From the NCBI GenBank assembly GCA_052327205.1, contig CM126212.1:201004001-201068000 (forward strand): a stretch of 64,000 nt of DNA, given 5' to 3'. This document shows, one piece after another, positions 13,765 to 26,879 of the stretch. The notes under the pieces are model-generated. The model ran no database searches. It saw only the letters and a list, made by a program, of their open reading frames with translations, and was not told the origin of the DNA. The stretch comes from Somniosus microcephalus. Its lineage: Eukaryota. Both the position numbers and the translations under genes were made by a program. Every line of letters starts with the position of its first letter. Position 1 is the first letter of the stretch.

Positions 13765-13846
13765 TTAATACTCCTGTGAAGTGCCTTGGGATGTTTTACT
13801 ACGTTAAAGGCCTTACATAAATGCAAGTTGCTGTTGTTGTTGTTGC
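13765..13846 (+). mobile_element. L2 LINE 3' tail
   Basis: CTCCTGTGAAGTGCCTTGGGATGTTTTACTACGTTAAAGG...(GTT)n, the same terminus as the L2 at 45443-46292. Confidence 0.75.
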
Positions 13847-15020
13847 TGTCTTTGACAGATTGCATGAACAATATGTAAAACTTTATTAATTTGGTTTAAA
13901 AAAATGATAACTGGTTTAAATGTTGTCAACTGAAATTAGTTCAAAATACGAGATCTTTGAGGACTTAGTCATTTTTAAAGATCCTCATTACAATGAGATG
14001 CTCTAATCAAAAGCTACTTCGATTTTTTTTTGTGTCAGGCACCACAGACTTTACTGATGTCTGGATTCTGTATGTGTGTTGTTGTTGTTGTTGATTTGAA
14101 TGGCATTTAGGACAAGCATGAACTGGAACAGATGCTGAAATAAAATACAGAAACTCTATGCTAGTTAACGATGCTTCGCAGTCCATTATATATCAGTTTA
14201 GTCTTGTGTAAGCCTATTTAAAGGAGATGCATTAAAATGTGTTCCGTGTAGATATTTCTTCATAATAAAGATTACCTACACAGTTGTTCTTACAGATCTT
14301 ATCCAAACAGTAACATTCTAAAAACCACCTTTCAGTCAGAAGTGATTGTGCGCGTTAGTTAAATACAGTGGCAGTTCATTACTGCAAAGTATTGACGATT
14401 CTTTAGATTATTCTTATTGAAGGTCTACTATTGAGGTCGCAATGGAACGTCTAGCGCCGGTTATAATGAGAGCTTCATAAAAAACAACAATCTGTATTTA
14501 TAAAACGTGATGCAATTGTGTTACACTAAAGCTACGTAGACTGCAAGGCCCAGGAAATGGACCTGGCTTCTAGTAACGGCTATACTGCGCTCAGAGACAG
14601 AAAAGCAACTGGGCATGCTCATTATTAATTTTAATATGAGACATTAACTTCAATACAGTTTAATTTAAATTGATAATATTGGGCAGGAGCAGCACGCCTC
14701 TCCTAATATTAAAGAGAACCAAAGGTAAGTTCATGAATACTTCCCAGGAGACCGAATTAATACTTTTTGGTACCTTGGGCACGTTTAAAATGTGGCTTTA
14801 TACAGGCTGGAGTTACACGACTCCACGTCAGCCCTAGGCGGGGGTGACACTAAGTACCGGAGGTGGGCTCAGATTGAGAGCTGACTGCCCAGTTACTTTG
14901 CTGTCCTCACGTCAATGCGCTGCCGAACCCACTTCATATCACATAATACAAGGCCAGCCTAATAACAGGTGTATAAGATAGAAATCTTTACTCCTGGGAA
15001 AACGCATGATATATATATAT

Positions 15021-15123
15021 AACAAGTTATGCTAAATTCAACAAACTATTTTCCCCATCGGAAACATGGATAGGTAATGCAACCTATAGGAAAAATAGTT
15101 TGTTGAATTTAGCATAACTTGTT
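15021..15123. repeat. Perfect 32-bp inverted repeat with 39-bp spacer
   Basis: AACAAGTTATGCTAAATTCAACAAACTATTTT at 15021-15052 is the exact reverse complement of 15092-15123. Confidence 0.95.
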
Positions 15124-17327
15124 CCCACACTCAGTTTTCGAGCATTATGGCGCTTCAACATGATGTGGGAGTTCTGGAGTTCAGCCCTTGCGCGCACTCA
15201 AAGGTTTAAATGAAATCCTTGATTATAAAAGTACCCAGTGAATGGGCCGTTTACACTTATATCTTTCGGGAGCCGGCTGCTTGCCGCGGAACAAGCATTG
15301 TGTGAATTATAAAATCAAGCACATGGGATTCGGTTTTCTATAAAGAGCAACCGGACTCACCAACATAAATTCAATTTCCCTTTAATGTTAGCGCTTATCT
15401 AAATAGTAAGGTGACTGAGTGGGTAGCGCGGGTCACTTGTATATCTTGAACTTTGAGGGATGCGGAATGTCGGTGACAGTGATGTTGAGGATTGTGCCCG
15501 TGAGATTTGGTTTAAAAAAACAATCAACTTGCAATACAAAAGTTATGAGTCATCGATGAAGCTGTGATCCTGTACACCAACACCTGCTGAATTCAGGGAT
15601 CCCAACTGAGATTTATTCCTCCAACAGTTTGATGAAGGCTCTGGCTCCGAAGAAACCTTTTAAGCTGTGCTGAAACTCCGAGGATCGGAAGAGCGGGTTT
15701 CTCCTAGTCTCTATCAGAGCACTCACACATAGGAAACCCAAGGAGGGGGTGGGGGCGACTCGAACCAGTGTTCTTCATCCATCAGCAGAATTCCGTTATT
15801 TTAAAGAAAGCTCTGCACAGGCAATTTAAAACTAGAGCGGCCTTTTTCCGGGTGACCCTGTCGATTTCAAATCATTCGGGTTTTTTTAAATGCTGTGTCT
15901 GATATACGCCGTGGAGAAGTAAATGGGTTACTGAATTAAACTGTCAATAATATTCAAAGGAAAGTGTACAAACTGAAGCTCGCAATCTAACAGGGATACG
16001 AAGAAGATTTTAAAATCGACGCAGCGGGTTCTATGAAAGGAAGTTCTTTTATGACATGTTACGATTTCAACTACCTTTGCGAAAGAGTTTTCTCGGGGCG
16101 GGGGGAAGTGGTGGGGGGGGTGTTAAATGACGATTTTAGACATTGTTAAGAATGTATCTGCCCACCTTAGGGCGTGAAGTTCTGACTATTTGCCTTTGGT
16201 AGAGGAGAAAGACAAACTAACTGGTGGCTCAATCGAAGAGTTTATTTGCTACCTGGAAAACAAAACGTCTGCTAACCACAGTAACACCTTCAAATATTCG
16301 GAACAAAAATAACCAGGGGGATGCCAGGATGCAGTTTATATTAATGTATTTAGCCAAGTATAACGAATCTCGAGTACAAACAGGAAAAAAAAAGGTTCCG
16401 GGGTCGCAAGTCGCAATTGCACTATATGTTCCCACTTACTCTTGTGCCTCTCACTCTGTGAATCCTGTTATGAGATTTAAAACATAAAAGTGACGGATGT
16501 ACCTAACCATGTCTAAACACCCAGACACTAATGTATGTTGCTGGCTGTAAACAGGTCAGTTCTAAACCGTCAGGCATACACTCCTTGCTTGGGTAATCTG
16601 GAGACCGCTGTGGATTGAGTAACGCGCACATCTGCACTCCTCCTATTCCTCGATCTTTTGCGCTTTGACCATGTGGAAATTCAGAGGGATCAGCCTGCCC
16701 TCAGCACACGATGCTGCGAGGCTGGAAGGAAAATGTAGTAAAGATATATTGTAGTAGCAATAGTTTATAAGAAACAGGATTGCATGCGTGCATTTATCCT
16801 GGCGCCTGTGAAATTTGTGAATGGCGAAATTGTAACTGGCTCAGTAACTTGGTACAAACCAGTCTTTGTTTATTGCAATTTTATTACACTTTTCATGGCT
16901 TCTAGTATTCCTCTGATTGGGAAGTGCTTGACAAAAGTCTCATAATGATGGCATACGACAATTAAAAAGCTGCGGTATCACATAAATTAACAGTAATTCA
17001 GAAATGTATGTCAGATGTAACATAGAAACCAACATCCACACGAGACCTCATTACAAGGTATAATGCATTTTATTTATGTCCAACCAAATGTATACATATT
17101 TCCGGCAAGCTTAAGACCGTTCACATTCAAACTGAAAATAATTGCTATCTTGGACACAATTATTCATTGCACATTATGTAAACTGTCAGTATTGATAAGA
17201 CACGAAGAATCACGATTTAAATGGTGGAATATTTAAATAATAAAAGAGAACGTTATTCAGATGCTAATTTATTATTGCGGTGCTCTTATTTAAAACGTAT
17301 TTACTATGTGTTCTGATAGAAGGGAAA

Positions 17328-17455
17328 AGAACTTGCGTATCTATGTAACGCCTTTCATGTTCTCGAGACGTCCCAAAACGCTTCCCATGTCACTGAAGTA
17401 CTAATGAAATCTGGCCTCTATTGTAATGTAGGCAAACTCCGCGGCCAATTTGCGT
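17328..17455 (-). mobile_element. Degenerate 3' fragment of SacSINE1-like SINE
   Basis: AGAACTTGCGTATCTATGTAACGCCTTTCATG...GACGTCCCAAAACGCTT...GGCCAATTTGCG is the reverse complement of the SINE tail. Confidence 0.6.
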
Positions 17456-20113
17456 GATACACTGTTTAATTCTATTTAAGTTAATATTTTAAAACGACCC
17501 GAATCAAAAAATCGGCGTGATTAAGAGTATTGAAGGGATTGCATATTTACAGTATCAAAGATAAAATAAATTCAAGCTTTTGAAAGACTGATTGTTAAAT
17601 CAGATCACTAACATAATAAATATTTGACGGCAGTGAATTTTAAAGTGAGATCCATAGCTCCTCTGTGTACTTGTATGTGTGCTTTCATTATTCATTCCTG
17701 TTTACAAGTTTATTATATTGCTTTAAATGCATCTAAAGTTGTAATCGTATTGAACTGTAAGAAGCACCGTCCTTGACACAAAGTGTTGTATTAAAATTCA
17801 ATACGTTTCATTAATTGGACTTAATTTGAAAGGCAGTGAAAGGCGAAAGGGAATTGCGTGTTTATACATATTCCCGCATCACAACAACCACTGAGGAGAA
17901 ACAACATTCAACTGGTCAGGCTTCTTGAAATACCACGAAACCAAAGTCGAGAGAAGATTGAGTACGGGACGATACAGTTCCGGCCTTGTTATCAGGCCGT
18001 ACTGTCGTGGACTCTAACTTGCTGCAACATACAAACTAATATGAGGACATTATTCAACGTTGATAGGACTGTGTTTTGTGGCATATATTCTTTACTGAAG
18101 AAAGTGATATGATATAGTGCAAGGCTAGAAACATTAGCTGCAATGGCAGTGCCAAAAGTAAACAGTTGGCTCGCCATGCCCTCTCTGAGAAGCCTTGGTT
18201 ATTTTCTTAACGATGTGTTCTGAATGTTTTTTTTTAAGGGTTATGTCATTACACTCATTCTACTAAATAGTCGTAATAATTTTAGCCATTAGGCCAAATT
18301 AGGAGAAATTCTCCAATGAAATGAAAGGTTAATTGCCCATTTAACCTAATCATCCCACTGCATTAATTCCAACATGTGTTCGCCGCATACCGACCGTTAT
18401 TGGGTGGTGTGTCACTTCTCCTTTGCCCTTCTCATTAGTGTTGTAATGCAGTTGTGTACTGGTCCGCGTGATTTGTATCCATCACTTGATTTGAATCTTA
18501 CTATTGGTTGGTCAGTCTACATGACGGCTTTTTTGTTTAACTTGGAAATAAATGACCGAATGGACAGTATACCGAATAGGCCTATGTAGGCTGAACTTTA
18601 CATATAAAAAATAAAATTATAACGACATAACCTTGCTTTACATACCTAATATTTCTTAGCACGTTTAAACTAGTATAAATAACAGGACATTGCGGCAATG
18701 CTGAGAAAATATCTCTGCCAAAATTTAGTTTATACAATATTAAATATTTTAAACAACTGTCTGGGTTATTTTGTATGCCCGAAATATGTTTGAAAGCGAT
18801 CTAGATTGGATTTCTGATAGTGTAACCACTGGTATTGAATTTATGTATCTTTAAAATAGGCATGTTTCTCTTTAGTTCCTATGCTGAACATCAAGTGAGA
18901 AAAGCTAGAAAACTGCGGTTCAGTGCACTCTAAGCCCTATGGGTTCTAAAAAAAGATATGTGTTTAAAGAGACCGAGGGAAATGCTTATTTTGGACGCTA
19001 CTTTATTGCAAAGTGTTAGGATGCTGGCATAATGTTGGCCAGCTGTGTTTGATTTCAGTGGGTTTGGCCAGTAGCTCATCTGATAACCATCAGATCGAAG
19101 CCTTCGCGGGAGCACAGTGCTGACATTGTTATTCTGCAGATGTCAATCACACCAACTGCAGTCCTGGGTTTCCACACCTGTATGGCGCACCTTTTCACCT
19201 TTTGACTCCTGGGTTTCCTTGCCTGCTTCAAAAAAAACCTTCATTTGATATAACTCTGGGGGAAAGTGCTTTCCTAATTTTCAGCGTTCTTTAAATGTGG
19301 TGAAACGCTTTAAGTATCATTGAAGAAGTGCGATTCCTATCTAGCGTTCTTTTCTCATCTTTTCTATTGTCATTATTTGATTTTGTCACGTGCGGTTCGG
19401 TGCAGGTATATCTGATAAAATGAAAGCAGTCGGACTTCACAGAGCCCGAGTTCTTTTTAAGCTCAGTGCGGGCGAAAGGGTGACCGACTCGACAGGAGTG
19501 TGAATTGATTCTGCATGAATTGTTTCAACTGACTTGAATAAGATTATTATTTGCCAAACGTTGTGTGAATATTTATTATGACATTGTTATAATTAAATAT
19601 TGTAATGATCCTAGCTTAATTAAACACGGAGTCGCAGTTAATATTCCCACATTATCCTCCCCCATGCTGATTTTCAAATCAAATATGAATGTCATATTTT
19701 CAGGGACAAATACTTTTTTTTTACTTTGATGGGTATTGGCGTCTCTAGCCTGTTATTCATTCAGGAATATGAGGAATTCATTCTCGTTATTCCAGTTAGC
19801 TGCTCGTCTATTGGTGCGTGTGTGTGTGTGAGTGTGTATAACATAGTAAAACCAGAGCAGTTTTTCCCATTTGGTAATATTTAGATTGAGTTACTAAAGA
19901 TAATTCAATTTAAACCGGCCCACCGACAATCATTCTGCCTACACTGATAAGACAGTGTCGTTATTCATTTTAAACAGTTTTTAATTAACGAACATACTTT
20001 TCGGAGTTGATTTTGTCGAAATGTAGTGATTTCCTTTTCATCTCTCAAATTTGAGTTTCCAGATGTGTGGTGTGCGTGTCACGTGAACACTGGAGAATCA
20101 GACTAGCCAGAGT

Positions 20114-20519
20114 GGGCCCAACGTGGAGTTAAAGGTTTATGATTCGGAGTGCGCAGAATGGGCCCAACGTGGAGTTAAAGGTTTATGATTCGGAGTGCGC
20201 AGAATGGGCCCAACGTGGAGTTAAAGGTTTATGATTGGAGTGCGCAGAATGGGCCCAACGTGGAGTTAAAGGTTTATGATTCGGAGTGCGCAGAATGGGC
20301 CCAACGTGGAGTTAAAGGTTTATGATTCGGAGTGCGCAGAATGAGCCCAACGTGGAGTTAAAGGTTTATGATTCGGAGTGCGCAGAATGGGCCCAACGTG
20401 GAGTTAAAGGTTTATGATTGGAGTGCGCAGAATGGGCCCAACGTGGAGTTAAAGGTTTATGATTCGGAGTGCGCAGAATGGGCCCAACGTGGAGTTAAAG
20501 GTTTATGATTCGGAGTGCG
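20114..20519. repeat. Minisatellite, 46-bp unit, about 8.9 copies
   Basis: Unit GGGCCCAACGTGGAGTTAAAGGTTTATGATTCGGAGTGCGCAGAAT starts at 20114, 20160, 20206, 20251, 20297, 20343, 20389, 20434 and 20480. Confidence 0.98.
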
Positions 20520-22292
20520 GGTGGATATCTTTAGCCTTATTTGTATTTTTCTATTTAAAACGCTTTCAATTTTCAACATATTGTAGTGCAACAGTTATTT
20601 GGGTGCCATTCGTCGGAGTTTGTCTTTGAAATAAACTTGCAAATACACTTTGTACCCTATTATGTAAAGCACCTTACTTCAGAATTCAGTCCTTAACCTC
20701 CGGACAGTTGGATACGTGATCCAGAATCCAGTCTTACTACAATAATATTGTTACACTACAGGCAATGAATGTTAGGTTCGGATTGATTATCCCTGACAAC
20801 AGAGATATAGCACGTGTTCTATTATTATTAACCTAAACTTGCAGTTACATTTCAGGAGTAACAATTAAAGGATTTTCGAATTACGTTTATTTTCCACGCA
20901 GTAGACATAATAAAAAGTCGAAGCACTTTTAGTTAAATACCCCTATTAAATATTAAGGAAAACTGAGAGATGTCAGACATTGAGAAAATTGTTTAATCGT
21001 TTAAATTAGTGTAGTTTTTTTGTTTGAAGTTTGCATTGGCAGTAATCCACAAATATACAGTGTATAGATTATTTTCATAAAGTAGTCATATCTTTACATA
21101 ATCCAAAATTGGATTGGCATGTTAAAACTTCAATAAGAAAGCTAACAGAAATGGAAAATACCAAGTATGCTGTTTCTACATCGGCTGCTACCTGCAGGAG
21201 TCCCGCATGCTTGTTGTTCCAGTAGATCACATATCATTAATGTGTAATGTTTTTGACTGACAGACTTTTATAGATGTTTAACTTTTTTTGAATAATTGAA
21301 CAGGGCATAGGTCATGTGGCACTGGACCACTTAAGAGCAAATCATAGACCCGTAACGGTGAAGCAATGTCCTGCATACAGCAGCAATTCGGTGTTGTCAG
21401 CATCCACCCCCCCCCCCCGCCCCCTTTAGTAGAAACAGAAGTTGTCTTCTGAACGTCAAATGTTTCAGCTGAAGGCCCGAACAATTTCCGTGAGCCTTTA
21501 CACTTCTACACAGAGCTAGTTATAGCGTAAAGCAGCAGAAGTAGATTGTTTGCGTCTTTAATTATTGTAACATAATGTTACATTGACAAGCATTATTCAA
21601 ATTTGGACTGTCCACCAATTTGCTATCGGTTTCAGTCAGAATATATAGCCATGTCTAGCTGTTTGATTTCAATCGTATGAAGTTATCGGCGGGGAGAAAA
21701 ATACAAATCAGAACTTTTCTTGTTTTATTATGTGGCAGCTACCAATATATATTAAAATTGAAACAGCGTGCGGACTGGCTCGAAAGGGAACCATAGGGTT
21801 AGGATCGGCGAAGGAAGCGGGCACAGACTGCAAGTGAACAGTTGCAGGGAAAGCAATGATTTGCATTAGCATGTAAAAAGAGCTGCACTTAACTGCAAAT
21901 AAGACTGACTATATATAAAATTACAAGTATTTAAATATCAGGTTAAACTGAATACCTTTTCCTCCGTGCTATGTGGAATCCGAACCGTTTGTAATTGCTT
22001 AACATCCACTGCACGTTTGTGGTTTATGTATCTAAACCATTCCAGCCGGCTAAACAATGACATGCATAATACGCTGTAACATTTAAGGAAGGAATGCTGT
22101 GAGGGATATGTTTAATATAAATATGACATTGTTTTACAGCATGCGCCCTGAGGATTAAACTTGCACGTAAAAAGTACCAACCCATGTCTAAATATAATGG
22201 TTTAATATATTTTTCAGTCTGAACGCGCGCAATATTTTTTTTTAAACCAAAGCGTTAAAATAAAAAATATAAATACGAGGACTGACTAATCT

Positions 22293-22298
22293 TTTATT
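22293..22298 (-). terminator. Probable BARX1 polyadenylation signal (3' UTR about 0.95 kb)
   Basis: AATAAA on the minus strand followed by a T-rich downstream tract. A Pumilio-type TGTAAATA lies in the inferred UTR at 22451-22458. Confidence 0.6.
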
Positions 22299-23232
22299 GT
22301 TGGTATCCGTGTCAGGGTAGTATAAACGGAAATATAAATTTAAAAAATACAAGCACATTTAATTAGATATCAAAGTTTCTGTACTTTTCTCTTGTCGAAA
22401 GGCATAAGACACACTTCTTGGCATTATGCCACAGTCATTGCTGCAAGAATTATTTACAGTTTCTCCTATCTTTCACAAGTGTATGAAATCATTTATAAAT
22501 TCGGTACTTGGTACAAACACTTCAAATCTGCTACTGCAGCTGTGGCTCTTTTGCACTGAACCATAACATATTGTACTTACTAGCAAACTGGTTTGGTCAA
22601 AATATTTATAAAACTAACTTGACAGAGAGGCACCACAGGATTGTAGGCTGAAACCTAAAATATAAGTCACGACAATTGCATCTCCCTCAACAATACTGAC
22701 ATTTTGTTAAAAAAAATAGCAGAACGTGTTTGAAAGACTGTAAAGTGTAAAACTTACGATTCTGAGCTTTAATTTTATGTAGCCAAAACGTGTGTAAGAA
22801 AGGCGCTAAAATGCTAAATTACGTACAATCGAAGGGAAATGTGATCACTTTGATCCACTAAACAGTTCTCAGTTTCTTTCTCGATAATCTCACTTAGGGA
22901 CTGAAAACAATGTCATAAAACCGGATATGCGTTCTGCAACAAACTTCCGTGTCAACGGCAAATTGATCCAATCTCCAAGTGCGACTAATTACTTATTAAA
23001 ATATAATAATGGTGAATCTGTCAGCGGCAAGTTCCATCAGCTGGTGTTTGGAGAGAGAGAAAACAGTTTAATTCAAAGGTGGAGCTGACATTTACAGTTT
23101 GGGTGTAAATTCCACATGAATGACGCGCTAAAATCGGTAGACACGTGGCTCGCTGGCGTTTCAAGGTCAGTCTGTAACAATTCATCACCCCAGCAGTATG
23201 GAAATCAGTTTTGTTTCAACCACCGTCAAGCG

Positions 23233-23397
23233 TTATTCTTCCTGATTAACTTCGGAAGGTGATGGGGAATTCTCGATCTGTTTTTCGGCTTCTTTTACCT
23301 TCTCTTGTTCTGAAAGTTGTTCACTTGTCGGAATGGAGTTCTTCTTTGGACGACCTTTGGGTTTTGTCGGGGACTCCAGGCCTCCGCCTTGCAATAC
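23233..23397 (-). CDS. BARX1: BARX1 coding exon 4 (Barx basic region and C-terminus); absent from the ORF track
   Basis: Follows an 83-nt intron with acceptor TTTTTATTTAAAG|GTA. Hand translation: [54 protein letters not shown], stop TAA at 23235-23233. Confidence 0.97.
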   Translation of the reverse strand, partial: VLQGGGLESPTKPKGRPKKNSIPTSEQLSEQEKVKEAEKQIENSPSPSEVNQEE

Positions 23398-23480
23398 CTT
23401 TAAATAAAAATATAATTTAGCAACAAACCACTACCAGGAAGGGGTTTCGTTATTGAACGTTCATTAAATAGAATACTTAC

Positions 23481-23565
23481 TATTTTCTTCCACTTCATTC
23501 TTCGGTTTTGGTACCAAGTTTTCACCTGAAGTTGACTAAGACCCAAAGATTCTGCTAGGTCTATT
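23481..23565 (-). CDS. BARX1: BARX1 coding exon 3 (homeodomain helices 2-3)
   Basis: Acceptor AAATACAG|A. Reads [28 protein letters not shown] with the Bar-class TWYQN signature. Donor ATA|GTAAGT, phase 0. 85 nt. Confidence 0.98.
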
Positions 23566-24376
23566 CTGTATTTAAAACATATAGAAGTAAATATATTTTG
23601 GGGCAAATCAAAATATCATGTATTTCAAATAGACATGAACCCGTTAATCAATCTGCCATTACAATTATTTCACGTTTTTGAAGAGTCTGTAGACTTGGAA
23701 ATGAACATTGCGCTTTGAAAATCAATTGAACTGCACTCCAACTGCTTGTGTCGCTAAAAACTAAACTGCATTTCGACTGCCTGTTGTTACCTTTCCCACT
23801 CCCCGCCCCGAAAATACTCATACGAAACTCGAAGGAAATATTCTAATATACAAATTGCTATTAATTCATCTGCATGTTTAGATTGTGGGGAGACTATTTG
23901 TTGGGAATGATAGAATGTCACTGTCAATGTCAAATCGATGAAATGGCTGATGTCTGATCTGGCTCCGCACACTTGTATGTATATGTTTCAGACACTGTTG
24001 ACTGCTGATTAGCATGGACTGTTCAATCAGTTTGTGTTTTTTTTTCCCTCGTTTGTTTAATCTTGTTTTTTCCCCTACTGTTCATTGGTGGGGGGAAGGG
24101 AAGAGATACAAAAAAATGATCACAACTTGAAAAGTGGTTATAAGGGGGGAGATGGTGGGAACTTTTCCGATCTCTAATCTAAAAGCAACAGGTTTTAATG
24201 CAATAAACAGTTAAACTGTTTAAAATAATATAAATTAAATGTTTAAAATAATATAAATTTAGATGTTACTAGGCAGAAGAGTGCAAACTAACTTTCTCTG
24301 TTGAGTTGTATATGTCTGTAAAAAGTGTCAATGTTATGCTTTGTATTTTTAATAAAGGGAAAATGTTCAAAGTTAC

Positions 24377-24671
24377 CTGTCCGGCGTTGATAGATATTTC
24401 TGCTTTTCAAATCGTTTCTCGAGTCCCATTAGTTGTAGTTCAGTGAATACTGTTCGGCTCCTCCTGCCTTTTTTTGCCTTGTTTCCTGGTTCTGGACCTT
24501 GTTCGAGCTTTGACCGGAGATGCAGGTCTAGCGGAAGATGGGGACCTCCGGGGCCGGTGGGCAGACTCGATCCTCCGGATACCAACGCTGAACCCAATGG
24601 AGCGGCAAGGCTACACGAGATCGGACCCAGCGGGAACTTAAAAACTCCAGCGTGATCTGATTTCAGGCCAG
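24377..24671 (-). CDS. BARX1: BARX1 coding exon 2 (linker and homeodomain N-terminal half)
   Basis: Acceptor TGCTTGCAG|CT completes the Ala codon. Reads [17 protein letters not shown]...[35 protein letters not shown]. Donor AG|GTAACT, phase 2. 295 nt, frame consistent. Confidence 0.97.
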
Positions 24672-26138
24672 CTGCAAGCATTTCGGGCACAAATGTTACT
24701 GCCAATGTTGTAGTGAACTCAAAGATTGTAATTAAGTGCATTCAAATTAAACCTGCCTTCGTCTATACAAGGTATAATTTCATGATTGCGCAGTATATTT
24801 AACAAAGAGACTGATGCCTATGTCAGTGAAATATTGTAGTATTAAAAAAAAACATTTTCAATGTGCTATTTGGTTACACGCAAGTACGATGTTATTTTAA
24901 TTTTTAGTTTCACGAGTAACTATCCGTCTTCCTATAATGCTTGCTTTACGCCGTCATGATATGAAACAATCAGATAAAAAAAACACCAATATCTGAAATA
25001 TATTCAGACTTTGTTTACTTTTTGGGGGAAATAATATTTCGCAATTCTTCAAATCAGCCATTTAATGGCTGATAAATTAATTACTATCGAGCACTACACA
25101 TTTTAAAATTAGATAGCACCCTTTATAGGAAACTGTTCATTATTTGCCTTCCTTTATAGCACTAAGTATAATAAGTCATAAATACTCTCTATTGCAGCAG
25201 GACTACAAGGTTGCCTTTATACGCCAGTTGTCTTGTAGGAAACAGGAAATTATTCAATTTACCACATCATTCACTAATGTATTTCCATAATGTGCAATGA
25301 CATTACTCAGGATCTGGATTAAAAGAATTGTAGTATTCGTGTGTGACATTTTTGTGAAAAAAACGTTTACTAGTTTAAATGAGGGTTGATTTGGGAGAAT
25401 GTTGGTTAAAGTTTGGTACAATACTGGTCATTTATGCCTGTGTGTGTGTTTGTGTCTTGGAAGGGGTGAGATTCCCCGCTTCAAAATAAATGCTGCGATT
25501 ATACAGGGGTTTTGGGGTTAGAATAGTTGTTAACCATATATTTCCGACCCGGGGACACACTGTTTATTCTAGAGAAATATGGTTGGGATCTTAGGTAATA
25601 TTAAGAGAAAATTAAACACTGGATATATTTTTGTTAAGATTACAGATACCATGTGAAACATATGCAACATTTATTGTATAATGCCAAACTGGCGGTCTGC
25701 TTACAATGCTCGGGCAGGTTTTCTTCATTGCCTGGATTGCTGCACCTCGTTTCCTAGGCCTCTTCAAAATATTTACTGTGATCTACTATTTCATTACTTT
25801 GCTTCCATTTATTTCATTCTCTGCTTCAATGTGTGTACATATTTTATTGTGTGTTGTTTATTGCGCGCTGCATGCCACTCACGACCTAAAGCTAAATTAA
25901 ATTGACAATGTAATCGTTGGAGAATGGCTATTCCATCCGTGAAGTAACCCAACTGGCGTGTTTGGGCACTAACTCATATTGTGGACTATACTTGTAATTT
26001 GTTCCAAATAGAAATATGTTGAGGGAGCAGAGAAGAGTAATTTGGAAACCACGTTTTAATCATGTCAATGCAACCTGCATAAAAGGCGAGAAAGACTTAC
26101 ATAAAGGAAGACAGAGTTAGGAAAGTTTTGCCACCTAC

Positions 26139-26343
26139 CTAGATGGCTGTGGTAGGGCCGACTGTTGAGCAGAGCATGGACCCCGAATTTGAGGAGCTCT
26201 CCCCCGTTCGTGGCTTTGCCTGAGCCCGGGGGTTCAGTCAGTATCTCCTCGATCATAAAGCTCCTGTATCGGTGTGACCTGTAATCATGGATCGGCTCGT
26301 GAGGCAGGTAATGAGCACCCAGCTCCAGGGGATGCTGCATCAT
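26139..26343 (-). CDS. BARX1: BarH-like homeobox 1, coding exon 1
   Basis: Reads [12 protein letters not shown]...[17 protein letters not shown]...[21 protein letters not shown]. This matches the vertebrate BARX1 N-terminus, including the eh1-like FMIEEIL motif. Tandem ATGATG at 26343-26338. Donor CTAG|GTAGGT, phase 1. Confidence 0.96.
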
Positions 26344-26879
26344 TTTCTTTATGCCACAATCCAACTGAGAAGGAGAGGAGAAAAAAGCACCAATAATGCA
26401 GGTTGATTTCCCTTCACGACTGCGGCTGGTGTCTGAATTCCACAAGTTCCAAGTTGCTCAGTGCTGCACACGAGAGCGAGTTTTCATTTCGACGCAACAA
26501 GTAGCTTCATTTTTGCACGTTCTCTTTTAGGATGCAAAGAAAGTGGTCATTTTAAAGAGCGTGATCCTTTCTGTGAGTCGGTAAGCACGATCGGTCGTCT
26601 TGTCGCTTATTCACTTGTGCTGATTTGCAGCTTTTCCGGATTTCGGAGCCGTACGATCTTGTCGGGAGAGAGCGAGAGTTGGGAGGTTTGCAACATCATT
26701 AACTCACGTGATGTCGTCCCTCTCCTCTCTCTCTCTCTCTCTCTCCGCCCTGGAAGGAGCCACCCAGCACTTCACACAGCCTATAGCTGCTCTCCTCATT
26801 CTTCATTAACTGGAAAACATCCCGGCTGCAATCACAGGAGTCAGGGTTGGGCTGCTCGCAAACCCTGCGCCGAGTCCCG

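Noticed and set aside
20114-20519. CRISPR-like array
   Set aside because: Units are head-to-tail with no unique spacers, there are no cas genes, and the DNA is vertebrate. It is a minisatellite.
26344-26445. 34-codon N-terminal extension of BARX1 from the TTG start in the ORF track
   Set aside because: Homology begins at the ATGATG, an in-frame TGA lies five codons above the TTG, and nothing supports non-AUG initiation.
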